From contig JAEOTR010000019.1 in NCBI GenBank assembly GCA_016839705.1, positions 1-64,000 on the forward strand: a stretch of 64,000 bases of DNA, read 5' to 3'. This document shows positions 1-8,443 of this stretch, piece after piece. Made by a program: the position numbers and the translations under genes. Source of the stretch: Promethearchaeota archaeon. GTDB lineage: Archaea > Asgardarchaeota > Lokiarchaeia > Sigyniarchaeales > SOKP01. Under the pieces are notes generated by a model. The model made no database searches. It saw only the letters and a list, made by a program, of their open reading frames with translations, and was not told where the DNA came from. How positions within the stretch are numbered: the first letter of the stretch is position 1; the number at the start of each line of letters is the position of its first letter.

Positions 1-698
1 ATGAAGCTAATGGAGGCTATAAAACAGTTGGCAATAATCCAATAAGCTCTACTGAATTTAACAGAAAAATTAAAGCTGTAGCTAAAGAACTATATCCAGA
101 TGAAAGAATGAAAACTCACTCTTTAAGGAAATATTTTGCTACTCAAAACGGTTATGTAAACTTATCTGATTTTGCTAAAAAGAACCTAAACTTAGAGATT
201 GGTTCAGAAGTGGAGTTTAACTTTAAAGAACACCTAATGGGGCATGAAACTCATTACAGTTCAAAAGTCTATTCTAAAATCTTGTCAAATCGTAATATCT
301 ATTTTCAACTATGGAAGCAATTAGAAAAGAATTTAGTTATTGATATGCTTATAATCGAAACTACAGAGGAAGATGTAGAAGAGCTTAAAGAACAAATAGC
401 TAAACTTCAAGAAGAGAAAGCAGATATTCTTAAAAAGAATGAGCAATTGACATTAGAAGTTAAAGACTTAAAAGCAAACTTTAGCACTATTGAGAATCGA
501 GTTAATAAAATTGAGAAAAGCAGTGCTGAACGAGATATTCTGAATAAGGAACAAAGAGATTTGGTTCTCTCAGTTGTAAATATCGATAAGAATAAAGAGC
601 TTCTTGAAACTATAAAGGTTCTAAAGAATCTCGATATGAATCAAATTCAAAAGTTATTAAAACTTGTCAATCCTTTAGATAAATTAAATTCTAAGTAA
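1..698 (+). CDS. Tyrosine recombinase/integrase, C-terminal part (5'-truncated by window edge), with coiled-coil tail
   Basis: Frame of ORF 108..698 is open back to base 3 (EANGGYKTVGNNPISSTEFNRKIKAVAKELYPDERMKTHSLRKYFAT). HSLRKYFAT = HxLR box, EHLMGH followed by Tyr residues = box II; heptad-rich C-terminus. Confidence 0.8.
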   Translation, partial: EANGGYKTVGNNPISSTEFNRKIKAVAKELYPDERMKTHSLRKYFATQNGYVNLSDFAKKNLNLEIGSEVEFNFKEHLMGHETHYSSKVYSKILSNRNIYFQLWKQLEKNLVIDMLIIETTEEDVEELKEQIAKLQEEKADILKKNEQLTLEVKDLKANFSTIENRVNKIEKSSAERDILNKEQRDLVLSVVNIDKNKELLETIKVLKNLDMNQIQKLLKLVNPLDKLNSK

Positions 699-798
699 TC
701 TTTTTTTATTTTCTTATTTTTATTTTACAAAATCACTGGTTTGTAGTCCAGATTAAAAAACTACATATTTATATATATAGTATATATATTTTACATAT

Positions 799-1071
799 AT
801 GTTAAACATAAAACAGAGCGAAATTGAAGAATTCTTTGAAAAATATCTTAAACTCTTCGGAATAGTAAAAGCTACATACGTTACCAATAGGTACTTAAAA
901 AATGTCTTAAAGATATCGCCAGAAGTACTCAGAAGTAAAAAGATGCCTCAAGATATTAAAGATATAAAAAATATTCTCATTCTTAAATTCAAAAAATTAA
1001 TTCAAAAAGCAGTTAAAGAAGGAATAATTGAGAAAGTACCGTATGGTCACGTTCTCATAAAATCTGAATAA
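799..1071 (+). CDS. Small basic protein, possible winged-helix DNA-binding protein
   Basis: 90 aa, Lys-rich; C-terminus LIQKAVKEGIIEKVPYGHVLIK resembles wHTH helix plus wing. Confidence 0.45.
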   Translation: MLNIKQSEIEEFFEKYLKLFGIVKATYVTNRYLKNVLKISPEVLRSKKMPQDIKDIKNILILKFKKLIQKAVKEGIIEKVPYGHVLIKSE

Positions 1072-1374
1072 ATACTCATTTTTTCAAAAAACTTTCGATT
1101 CTTACTTGATTGTGGTTATATTTACCCTATATTAAACGGAAAAACACAAAAAAATAAGGAAAAAGTCTATTTTGTCGTGGTGTAGAAAGCCTCTCCTAAT
1201 ACCAATTCCTCAAGATCGTCTGGATTCGATAATCTCTTCGGTTACTAAAATCAATATTTAAGAAATAACTATTCTTTTTATTAAATTCTTAAATCCAACA
1301 ATCTTCCATTTATGCGAAGCCATTCTTTCCACTTTTTATAGTTTGGGAAGTTAAGAGAATTTCGCTCAAAGGGT

Positions 1375-1764
1375 ATGTCCTTTATCCTCTCTGATCAAAC
1401 ACCCTCAAGGCTGTTCACGTGCGTTACTACCCTTCCAAGCTTAAAAATTCTTTTTCGGGTAGGACACCCATGCAATACGACATTAATCGGTAATCCTAAA
1501 GAACAAGACTTCCTAATGCTTCAGAAAAATCGACAAGCTCTAATCTTAAATGGTGTCTCTGGTGAAAAATATATAATTGAGACCATAGACTACCTTTTAC
1601 CACATCAGATTGAAGATGAGGCTTCCGATTTTGATAATCTAGAAGTTTTCTGCCCTTTCTGTAAAAATAGCGTTGACAATGATTCGATGTTTTGTCAATC
1701 TTGTGGAAATCCTATAATTGATGATTTAATAAAAGAATCAGATAGTTTTGATTTAGATTTATAA
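1375..1764 (+). CDS. Zinc-ribbon domain protein
   Basis: C-terminal CPFC-x10-CQSCG. Confidence 0.65.
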   Translation: MSFILSDQTPSRLFTCVTTLPSLKILFRVGHPCNTTLIGNPKEQDFLMLQKNRQALILNGVSGEKYIIETIDYLLPHQIEDEASDFDNLEVFCPFCKNSVDNDSMFCQSCGNPIIDDLIKESDSFDLDL

Positions 1765-1780
1765 AAATAAGAAAAGTTGA

Positions 1781-2446
1781 TTGAATATGTCAGAAGAGTA
1801 TGATGAAAATTCGGAAGATATGGGAGAAGAAGCTGGAGATCAGCTTGAAGATGAAATAGATGAAGATTTAGATAATGAATTTGAACCTAATGATGAATTT
1901 GAGGATATTGATGAAGATCTTGATATTAATTATGAGCCTATGGATGAAAATGAGGATTTTGATGAAAATATTGAAATTGATTATGATCCCTTGGATGAAC
2001 CTGATGAATCAATCGGAGAAAATCCAAATGATACTCCAGATGAAGAGAACCAAGGTATTACTAATTCAGAACTAGAACCTAAACCTGATCAAGATCCTAA
2101 GCCTGATCAAGGAACTAAGCCTCGTCAAGACTCTAAACCTAACCAAGGAACTAAACCTGGTCAAGACTCTAAACCTGATCAAGATCCTAAACCTGATCAA
2201 GAACCACCTCCTATAATTCCGCCTCCGCCTCCTCCGCCTCCGCCAGGTCCCCGACCTCCAAAATCCCCAAATAAAGATAAATTTAGACCCCCACGTAGAC
2301 CTAGAGCACCACTCTCAAAAAAGACTAAAAAATTTCTTAAAAAACTGCTTAAAATGCGTTTTCCTGTCAGCAAGACAGATGAAGAACTTAAAAGTGAGAT
2401 GTTAAAAGACCAGTACCAAGAAATAAAATATGAAAGACACAAATAA
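1781..2446 (+). CDS. Low-complexity protein: acidic N-terminus, KPxQxx repeats, polyproline, basic C-terminus
   Basis: 221-aa ORF; likely start ATG 1787; sharply partitioned composition. Confidence 0.7.
   Translation: MNMSEEYDENSEDMGEEAGDQLEDEIDEDLDNEFEPNDEFEDIDEDLDINYEPMDENEDFDENIEIDYDPLDEPDESIGENPNDTPDEENQGITNSELEPKPDQDPKPDQGTKPRQDSKPNQGTKPGQDSKPDQDPKPDQEPPPIIPPPPPPPPPGPRPPKSPNKDKFRPPRRPRAPLSKKTKKFLKKLLKMRFPVSKTDEELKSEMLKDQYQEIKYERHK
2081..2206 (+). repeat. Coding tandem repeat, 7 x 18 bp (KPDQDP-like hexapeptide)
   Basis: aaacctgatcaagatcct / aagcctgatcaaggaact / aagcctcgtcaagactct / aaacctaaccaaggaact / aaacctggtcaagactct / aaacctgatcaagatcct / aaacctgatcaagaacca. Confidence 0.9.
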
Positions 2447-2460
2447 TAAGGTACAACGCA

Positions 2461-4239
2461 ATGAAAGATTATAATCATGATGATTTGGAGAATGAACAAC
2501 ACAATTATAACCCCAAATCCGAAGAAAACGAAATTGAAGAAGTTGATGAGGTAGAACACGAATTTATACCTAAGGATGAAGATACCAGCCATAATAGACC
2601 ATTTAAAGGAGAATTTATACCTAGAGATGAGGATGGGGAAGATTGGGAAAAATCTTTGGAGGAAAGTTTGAAACCATGGCTAGGGGAGTATTTTAATCAC
2701 ACCCCAGAATCCATTATTACGAACCCCTCTTTAAGTGATTTTGAGAGAGTTCATATTCTAGAGGTACAATTAAAGTCTTTGGAATATTTAACTCTTGACC
2801 ATAATCCCTACGAGCACCAAATCAAAAAACTAAAACACTACATCTTTGAATTACAAAAAAGAGCAGGGATGATATACACTTCTAATAATGATCCTAAATC
2901 TAATTTAAAAATCGGATTTAAGAAAGTTGAGAACAAACTTATAATTAAATCATTCCCGAAAAGCTCAAGAATTATTATTTGTGAGGAAATATATAAAAAA
3001 CTGAAATCAAATGTAGATTCTTCTGATTATCAAATAGCAAATTCAATCGTTAGAGATTTAATTTCTAAATCATCAGATTCAAAATGGAATAACAAATTGT
3101 CTGTTAAATACCTGAGAGAAATAAGGGAAAAATTATCTGGAAATACTATTAATAATGAAACTGTAAAATCATTTAAAGATTACTTCAACGATCTTTCTAA
3201 TTTAGTGAAAAGATTGAGAGATCTTAATATTAATAAAGAGAAAATTAACTTCTCAGAATTAAGTCGTAGTCTAATAAAAAAGAATAAAAATTTAAATTTA
3301 TCAAAAAGAGGTTTAGAGGTAGCAATAGCAGAGATTTATGAACATTTAACTGAAAGGTTTGATGATTTTAAGCTTGAACGAAGGAAAAGTAAATCTACTT
3401 CTGGGACGGAATCAGAGAAAGAATCAATAAGGTGTTTACGAAAAGAGTTGAAATTATTAAATGAGTTGAATAATGGTGAATACAGAGGAAAATGCTCAAA
3501 CACAAATTGTCTTACTGATTATAAGCGATTGCCAGCTATTAATTTTCACCATCAAGATCCAAAAATAAAAAAATCTGAATGGAATGAAATCATGCATAAA
3601 GATTATGATATAATAAAAAGAAACTTAGAATCCGAAAATGTAAAGCCTATATGTAATAATTGTCATTTAACTGAGACTGCTAAAATTTATAATGGATTTG
3701 AAGATATTATTACAAAAGAAGATTTATTTACAATTTCAAGTGAAAAACTAAGCAATTTAATAAATATTAGAGCAAGAGAATATATAAAACAAACCAAAAC
3801 AAAATATATTAGAAGCTCACTTAAATTTGAGGTTTTAAGATGGATTAAAAAAAGAGCTGTAATTGACCAAGTTTTTAATGGGAAGTGTGTTTCTTGTGAA
3901 GAAAAACGTCTCCCAGCTTTACAAATACATCATACAAATCCAGACCTTAAAAAGTTTAAATGGGGGCAGATTTCACGAAAGTGGAGCTCTAGAGATCTAA
4001 TTAATAAATTTATAATTAAGGAAGAGTGTGTATGCTTATGTGGGAATTGCCATTCTATGATATCTACAAAAAACTATGAGAATAATATCTCAAAGATAAT
4101 TGGAGAAAAAGATGTGGAGGATGTAAGAAAAGACTATGAGGAAATACATCGGAAAATTAGAATTTCAAGTGAAAGAATAAAAAGAATAAAACAAGGAAAG
4201 GAAAACCTAATAACTTTTGACAACTTCCAGAATATATAA
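2461..4239 (+). CDS. Tandem zinc-binding HNH endonuclease with acidic N-terminus
   Basis: Two modules: GKCSNTNC..LPAINFHHQDP..ICNNCH and GKCVSC..LPALQIHHTNP..LCGNCH. Confidence 0.8.
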   Translation: MKDYNHDDLENEQHNYNPKSEENEIEEVDEVEHEFIPKDEDTSHNRPFKGEFIPRDEDGEDWEKSLEESLKPWLGEYFNHTPESIITNPSLSDFERVHILEVQLKSLEYLTLDHNPYEHQIKKLKHYIFELQKRAGMIYTSNNDPKSNLKIGFKKVENKLIIKSFPKSSRIIICEEIYKKLKSNVDSSDYQIANSIVRDLISKSSDSKWNNKLSVKYLREIREKLSGNTINNETVKSFKDYFNDLSNLVKRLRDLNINKEKINFSELSRSLIKKNKNLNLSKRGLEVAIAEIYEHLTERFDDFKLERRKSKSTSGTESEKESIRCLRKELKLLNELNNGEYRGKCSNTNCLTDYKRLPAINFHHQDPKIKKSEWNEIMHKDYDIIKRNLESENVKPICNNCHLTETAKIYNGFEDIITKEDLFTISSEKLSNLINIRAREYIKQTKTKYIRSSLKFEVLRWIKKRAVIDQVFNGKCVSCEEKRLPALQIHHTNPDLKKFKWGQISRKWSSRDLINKFIIKEECVCLCGNCHSMISTKNYENNISKIIGEKDVEDVRKDYEEIHRKIRISSERIKRIKQGKENLITFDNFQNI

Positions 4240-4377
4240 TATCTTGTTTTAATTGATTAAACAAGAACATTATTCTTTTAAATAAATGTTATATATGACC
4301 TGAAGAAGAAAAAACTAAAATTTTTTTAGAAGCAATTATTATATTTCCTAACATCTAACTCTAACTTTATAAATTAT

Positions 4378-4510
4378 GGCTCGGGTAGTTTAATGGTAGA
4401 ATTGAGGACTGTGAATCTTTTTACGGCTTATCGTTTTAAGGACGACTCCTTAGACGGGGGATCGATTATTATAGCAGGTTTCCTGTATCTCGAGTAACCC
4501 CCTCCGAGCC
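4378..4510 (+). tRNA. tRNA-His(GTG) with encoded G-1 and two introns (about 4415-4445 in anticodon loop; about 4467-4496 in T loop)
   Basis: G-1 + GCTCGGG pairs with TCCGAGC + C73; D arm GTTT/GAAT; anticodon stem GAGGA/TCCTT with CT-GTG; T stem GGGGG/CCCCC; two 30-31 nt insertions must be removed to give a cloverleaf; no encoded CCA. Confidence 0.85.
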
Positions 4511-4553
4511 CTCCCCATTTTTAACACCGTCATTCTATTGAAGATTTAAAACA

Positions 4554-5009
4554 ATGACTAATATTGAACAAGACAAACTTCGTGACCTCCCAGGTTGGGA
4601 GATAAATGCTCCAGTCCCTATCTGTATGGGCGGTGATTATAGAGCCTTAACTTTTTGTTGTAAACCAGGATTTTCTTTAACTTTTGGATTTAAATGTCAA
4701 AGAGATGATAAATTAAGAGAATTAGGAATTGATCCTGGGGAATTTGTGAGGATTAAAGAGGAATTTTCAGAAGAGAATGAATGGGAATCTGATTATGTAT
4801 GTTTTAACTCGATCTCCTATTGCTGTATGCGTAGAGGAGGTTGTCCAAGAAGGGATGTTGTTTTAGTTGAACGCTATCCCGGAATACCATTGGAAGATAT
4901 TATGAAGATATACTTCCAAAAAAAGAAAGAACTATCGAAAAAAATTTTAGAAAGCGTAAATAATCAGAAAGGTAAAGATAAGGTTAAAGAATTACTGGAG
5001 CTTTTTTAA
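4554..5009 (+). CDS. Methanogenesis marker 9 domain protein
   Basis: WxxNAPxxIC-GGDYRALTFCC and CFNSISYCC..C signature. Confidence 0.75.
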   Translation: MTNIEQDKLRDLPGWEINAPVPICMGGDYRALTFCCKPGFSLTFGFKCQRDDKLRELGIDPGEFVRIKEEFSEENEWESDYVCFNSISYCCMRRGGCPRRDVVLVERYPGIPLEDIMKIYFQKKKELSKKILESVNNQKGKDKVKELLELF

Positions 5010-5141
5010 AACTAATTTTTGTTTAAACCTTTGCAAGTCGTTAAACCTCTTTCTAATTATTTTTAATAAGCAATATTCAATCTATTTTGTCGAATAAAAA
5101 ATAGGAAATTATTTAAATTGTTTCTAATTTTTCTACTCAAG

Positions 5142-5297
5142 ATGCTTGAAGAAGTTCTACCCCATCGTTTTCGAGATGATATCTACATAAATCAGATTGT
5201 TACCTCGCACGATGAAGTTAAAGAAAGCGATAAAATAATAATCAATCGAATTCTTCTTAAGGAAGTTGCTAGGGGAAGTATTGAACTAGTAAACTAA
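5142..5297 (+). CDS. Possible 51-aa small protein (not in ORF track)
   Basis: ATG..TAA frame MLEEVLPHRFRDDIYINQIVTSHDEVKESDKIIINRILLKEVARGSIELVN in an otherwise empty gap. Confidence 0.4.
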   Translation: MLEEVLPHRFRDDIYINQIVTSHDEVKESDKIIINRILLKEVARGSIELVN

Positions 5298-5370
5298 ATA
5301 TTAGTTTCTTCACTAAATTTGTAATTCAATTAATTTTTCTGGAATTAAATTTATCCTAAATACTTTTTAT

Positions 5371-6345
5371 TTGCTCCACTTTTTCTTATATATTGTGGAA
5401 AATGAGAACTTAAAAAAAGGACTCCTTTTTGGAATTATAGCAATTTTCACAATAGGTCTCCAGCCTGTTATTGCAAATTCCAGACCTAAGATTATCGACC
5501 CTTATCTATTTGCTGCTATTACATCCTTAATAGAAGCATTAATTTTTTTACCGCTCTATATTTTAGAAAGAAGAGAACTAAAGAAAAGCATAGAAGTGGG
5601 GATAGATAAGAAGCAACAATTAATGGATAAATCTTTATTAAATGGATGGAAAAAGTTTAATAGTATCAGATTACTTCTCATTATTGGATTAACCTTTAGT
5701 ATTGTTCCTGTTCTTAACTATATAGGATTTGAACTCGCAGGAGCAATTAATAGTTCATTGATTTTTAAGAGCGAGATAATATTTGCATTGATTTTTGGGT
5801 ATTTGCTTCTCAAAGAAAAAGTATCAAAAATTCAGATTGTTTTTTGTTTTTTGCTTTTTTTTGGTTTGCTTATATCAGTCACCCAGGCTTCCTTTAACGT
5901 CCTTGAATTAAATACAGGAGTAATAATTTTGCTTATTAGCGTTGTCATATTTACCTTAGTCCACACGCTTACAAAATCAGGTTTTGATAGAAATGAATTA
6001 TTTCCAACCCAAGTTGTTTTTATGCGGAATACTGTAAGTGGTATACTACTCTTTTCTACTTACTTTCTTTTCTTTCCTCTAGAAAACATACTAATTGTTT
6101 TAGATCCTCAAAATTTCATCTTTTTTCTACTTATGGGAGTAGATTATGGTTTTAGCCTCTTTCTATGGTATAAAAGCTTAACGTATATTGAAATAGGAAA
6201 AGCGAGTGTGGTTCTATCACTAACACCAATTGTTTCAGCCTTCTTCTCATTTATTATTCTTGGTGAGGTATTTACAATATTCCATCTAATTGGCACATTT
6301 ATAATTATTATCTCTATAACTATAATTGTAAAACAAAAAAAATAA
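5371..6345 (+). CDS. DMT/EamA family transporter
   Basis: About 10 TM; GYLLLKEK and FIILGE repeat-end motifs; true start may be GTG 5395. Confidence 0.9.
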   Translation: MLHFFLYIVENENLKKGLLFGIIAIFTIGLQPVIANSRPKIIDPYLFAAITSLIEALIFLPLYILERRELKKSIEVGIDKKQQLMDKSLLNGWKKFNSIRLLLIIGLTFSIVPVLNYIGFELAGAINSSLIFKSEIIFALIFGYLLLKEKVSKIQIVFCFLLFFGLLISVTQASFNVLELNTGVIILLISVVIFTLVHTLTKSGFDRNELFPTQVVFMRNTVSGILLFSTYFLFFPLENILIVLDPQNFIFFLLMGVDYGFSLFLWYKSLTYIEIGKASVVLSLTPIVSAFFSFIILGEVFTIFHLIGTFIIIISITIIVKQKK

Positions 6346-6359
6346 AAAAAGGAAAGAAG

Positions 6360-7397
6360 TTAGAATTTTGGATCTATCTTTATGCATATTAATGGAACTA
6401 AGTAGGCTAATATGAATGTAGGAAGTGCATATCTGAAGAATCTATAAACTACACTGTCAATTTTTATTAAATATTCGAAGGGTACAAAAACAACAAGGAG
6501 AACAATGATTCCAAAGGCTAGGTTTATCAACTTCTTCTTTGTACTAAGGTGTGTTGGATCATATTTAACATATTTTTGTTCTAACAAATATCCAACACCA
6601 AAACCTAATACAGCTCCTCCGACTTGGGCAAAAACACCATCGTCTACATAAAGGGGTGAGGGAGAGACTAGTCCTACCCCTGCTGAGGGGAACAAAAGAG
6701 TTCCTAGAAGAAACAAACCGATACCAATCAATGCAGTAATAATAACTTTAGCAATAAAATTTAATTTATTAAACTGTTCAGTTAAATGCGGTTCTATATA
6801 AATGAATAAAAGCAGAAATCCAATGCCTAGCAATAAGCCTCCAATTATGTCTTGTAAATCATGAACACCTATAATAATTCTTGAAATTGCAATTAAAAAG
6901 ATCAGGATGGACATGATGACGGGCACAATTTGAATGTTTCTGTATATATACTTATCCTTAAATTCATACCCGGAATATCCCCAAAATGATACTGCTGTTT
7001 GAGCATGTCCAGATGGAAATCCATAATCGGGTTCGACAAGACCATACTCTTCCGCGGGATCAATATTTGTATTTGGTCGTGGATCCTTGAAAAATTCTTT
7101 AAATAACCCATTCAAATAATATGAAAACAATAGAGAATAAGCAAGACGCTTAGCATATGTTTTGCTATAAACTAAAAACAACATAGCGATGATAATTATA
7201 AAAACAACTGGTTCACCAAGATATGTTATAGCCTTAAAAATAGATTGGACTGAAAATTTTGAAACATAGAACGCTTCGTTTAAGTTTACATAATATAGTA
7301 TTATCCCGATAATCAATATTGCTAATGAAACAATCCCAATAACCATTAATCCCTTTTGAGATATATATTCTTTTTTTTCAGACATTTTAAATCCCAT
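6360..7397 (-). CDS. PAP2 family membrane phosphatase
   Basis: KxxxxxxRP, FPSGH, SRxxxGVHxxxD motifs. Confidence 0.92.
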   Translation of the reverse strand: MGFKMSEKKEYISQKGLMVIGIVSLAILIIGIILYYVNLNEAFYVSKFSVQSIFKAITYLGEPVVFIIIIAMLFLVYSKTYAKRLAYSLLFSYYLNGLFKEFFKDPRPNTNIDPAEEYGLVEPDYGFPSGHAQTAVSFWGYSGYEFKDKYIYRNIQIVPVIMSILIFLIAISRIIIGVHDLQDIIGGLLLGIGFLLLFIYIEPHLTEQFNKLNFIAKVIITALIGIGLFLLGTLLFPSAGVGLVSPSPLYVDDGVFAQVGGAVLGFGVGYLLEQKYVKYDPTHLSTKKKLINLAFGIIVLLVVFVPFEYLIKIDSVVYRFFRYALPTFILAYLVPLICIKIDPKF

Positions 7398-7539
7398 ATA
7401 AATGATAGTTAAAAATCTTATTTGATAAAGAAGCTAATAAACCTTATGCAAAGAAAAAAAATTAATATAAAAATTAGTTGAGAACAAAAAATGCTTAGTA
7501 AAGAGCTATGTAGAGTTTTATAAATAATTTAGGAAGAAA

Positions 7540-8214
7540 TTAATCAATTCTTATACTTGTGTGCTTTTCATCAAGCTTTTTCAAGCGAACTTCGAGAATT
7601 CCGTTCACATACCTGGCTTTAGCCACATCTGAATTTATTGCACTTGAAAAATCAACTTCTTTATAATATGCCATGTTAGCATTCTCTTTTGTAGAGATCG
7701 TAAGACTATGGCTGGTTGCTTTTAGTTCGATATCATCCCGATCAACACCAGGCATTTCAGCAATTACTATTATATGATCTTTTTCTTCATTAACTTCGAT
7801 TAAGGGTTCTCTCTTTGATTTAACCTCAGGTTTTCCGGAGTATGGCTTAGCCTTAACATTACCAAATGAATCAATAGTGGGTCTACCATCTTTCCCAATG
7901 TTGATATTGAAACCATAAGTTATTGGAAAAAATCCAAACTTAGATTTATTTTTTGTGAACTCCTTCATAAGATCTTCGGGGGATAAGTTTTTTAATTCAG
8001 GAGGTAAATTATTTATCATTTTATCAAAGATTTCGTTAAAAAGTTTCTTGAAATCCTTAGATTTGAATAATTTAGTAGGATCGATGAAAAATTTATTTGG
8101 ATCTGAAAAGAATTTACTGGGATCTCCAAACTGTTTAAAAAAGTCAAAAGGACTTTCCTCTTCATCTTCATCGTCTTCATCATCTTCATCATCATATCTG
8201 TCTCTTTTAGGCAT
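7540..8214 (-). CDS. hsp20: Archaeal small heat shock protein Hsp20
   Basis: YGFNINIGKDGRP, REPLIEV, AEMPGV, ARYVNGILEV alpha-crystallin motifs. Confidence 0.93.
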   Translation of the reverse strand: MPKRDRYDDEDDEDDEDEEESPFDFFKQFGDPSKFFSDPNKFFIDPTKLFKSKDFKKLFNEIFDKMINNLPPELKNLSPEDLMKEFTKNKSKFGFFPITYGFNINIGKDGRPTIDSFGNVKAKPYSGKPEVKSKREPLIEVNEEKDHIIVIAEMPGVDRDDIELKATSHSLTISTKENANMAYYKEVDFSSAINSDVAKARYVNGILEVRLKKLDEKHTSIRID

Positions 8215-8443
8215 ACTAGATCATCTCTTTAATGTAATTGATTGGACTTCTAAATATCAATTAAATTTAATAAGCAAAATTTTTAATTAAGTATTATAGT
8301 AAAGCTAAAAACTAAATTGGTTATATTGTAGATATAATTGTCTAACCTAATAAATATAATCCCAATAAAAATTTAGTTAACTAAAATTAAAAATTGTAGA
8401 GGAGATAAAAATTTATTCTGAACTCTCAGATGACGATAAAGCT

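Larger units (their letters stand above)
1..4260. mobile_element. Probable part of an integrated mobile element/island
   Basis: Integrase plus co-oriented hypothetical, DNA-binding and HNH genes ending about 140 bp before a tRNA gene; left boundary outside window and no att repeat visible. Confidence 0.5.

Noticed and set aside
742-789. TGTAGT-N12-ACTACA and (AT)n palindrome after the integrase as a recombination site
   Set aside because: Short or low-complexity; expected by chance in AT-rich DNA.
1174-1236. tRNA-like words (GTGGTGTAG, GATCG..GGATTCGA) as a possible att remnant
   Set aside because: No acceptor, anticodon or T stem can be formed and it does not match either tRNA in the window.
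2081-2206. 18-bp array as CRISPR
   Set aside because: No spacers, in-frame coding repeat, no cas genes; no CRISPR array seen in the window.
1781-4239. Read-through fusion of the acidic protein and the HNH nuclease
   Set aside because: Different frames, double TAA stop, and a separate ATG.
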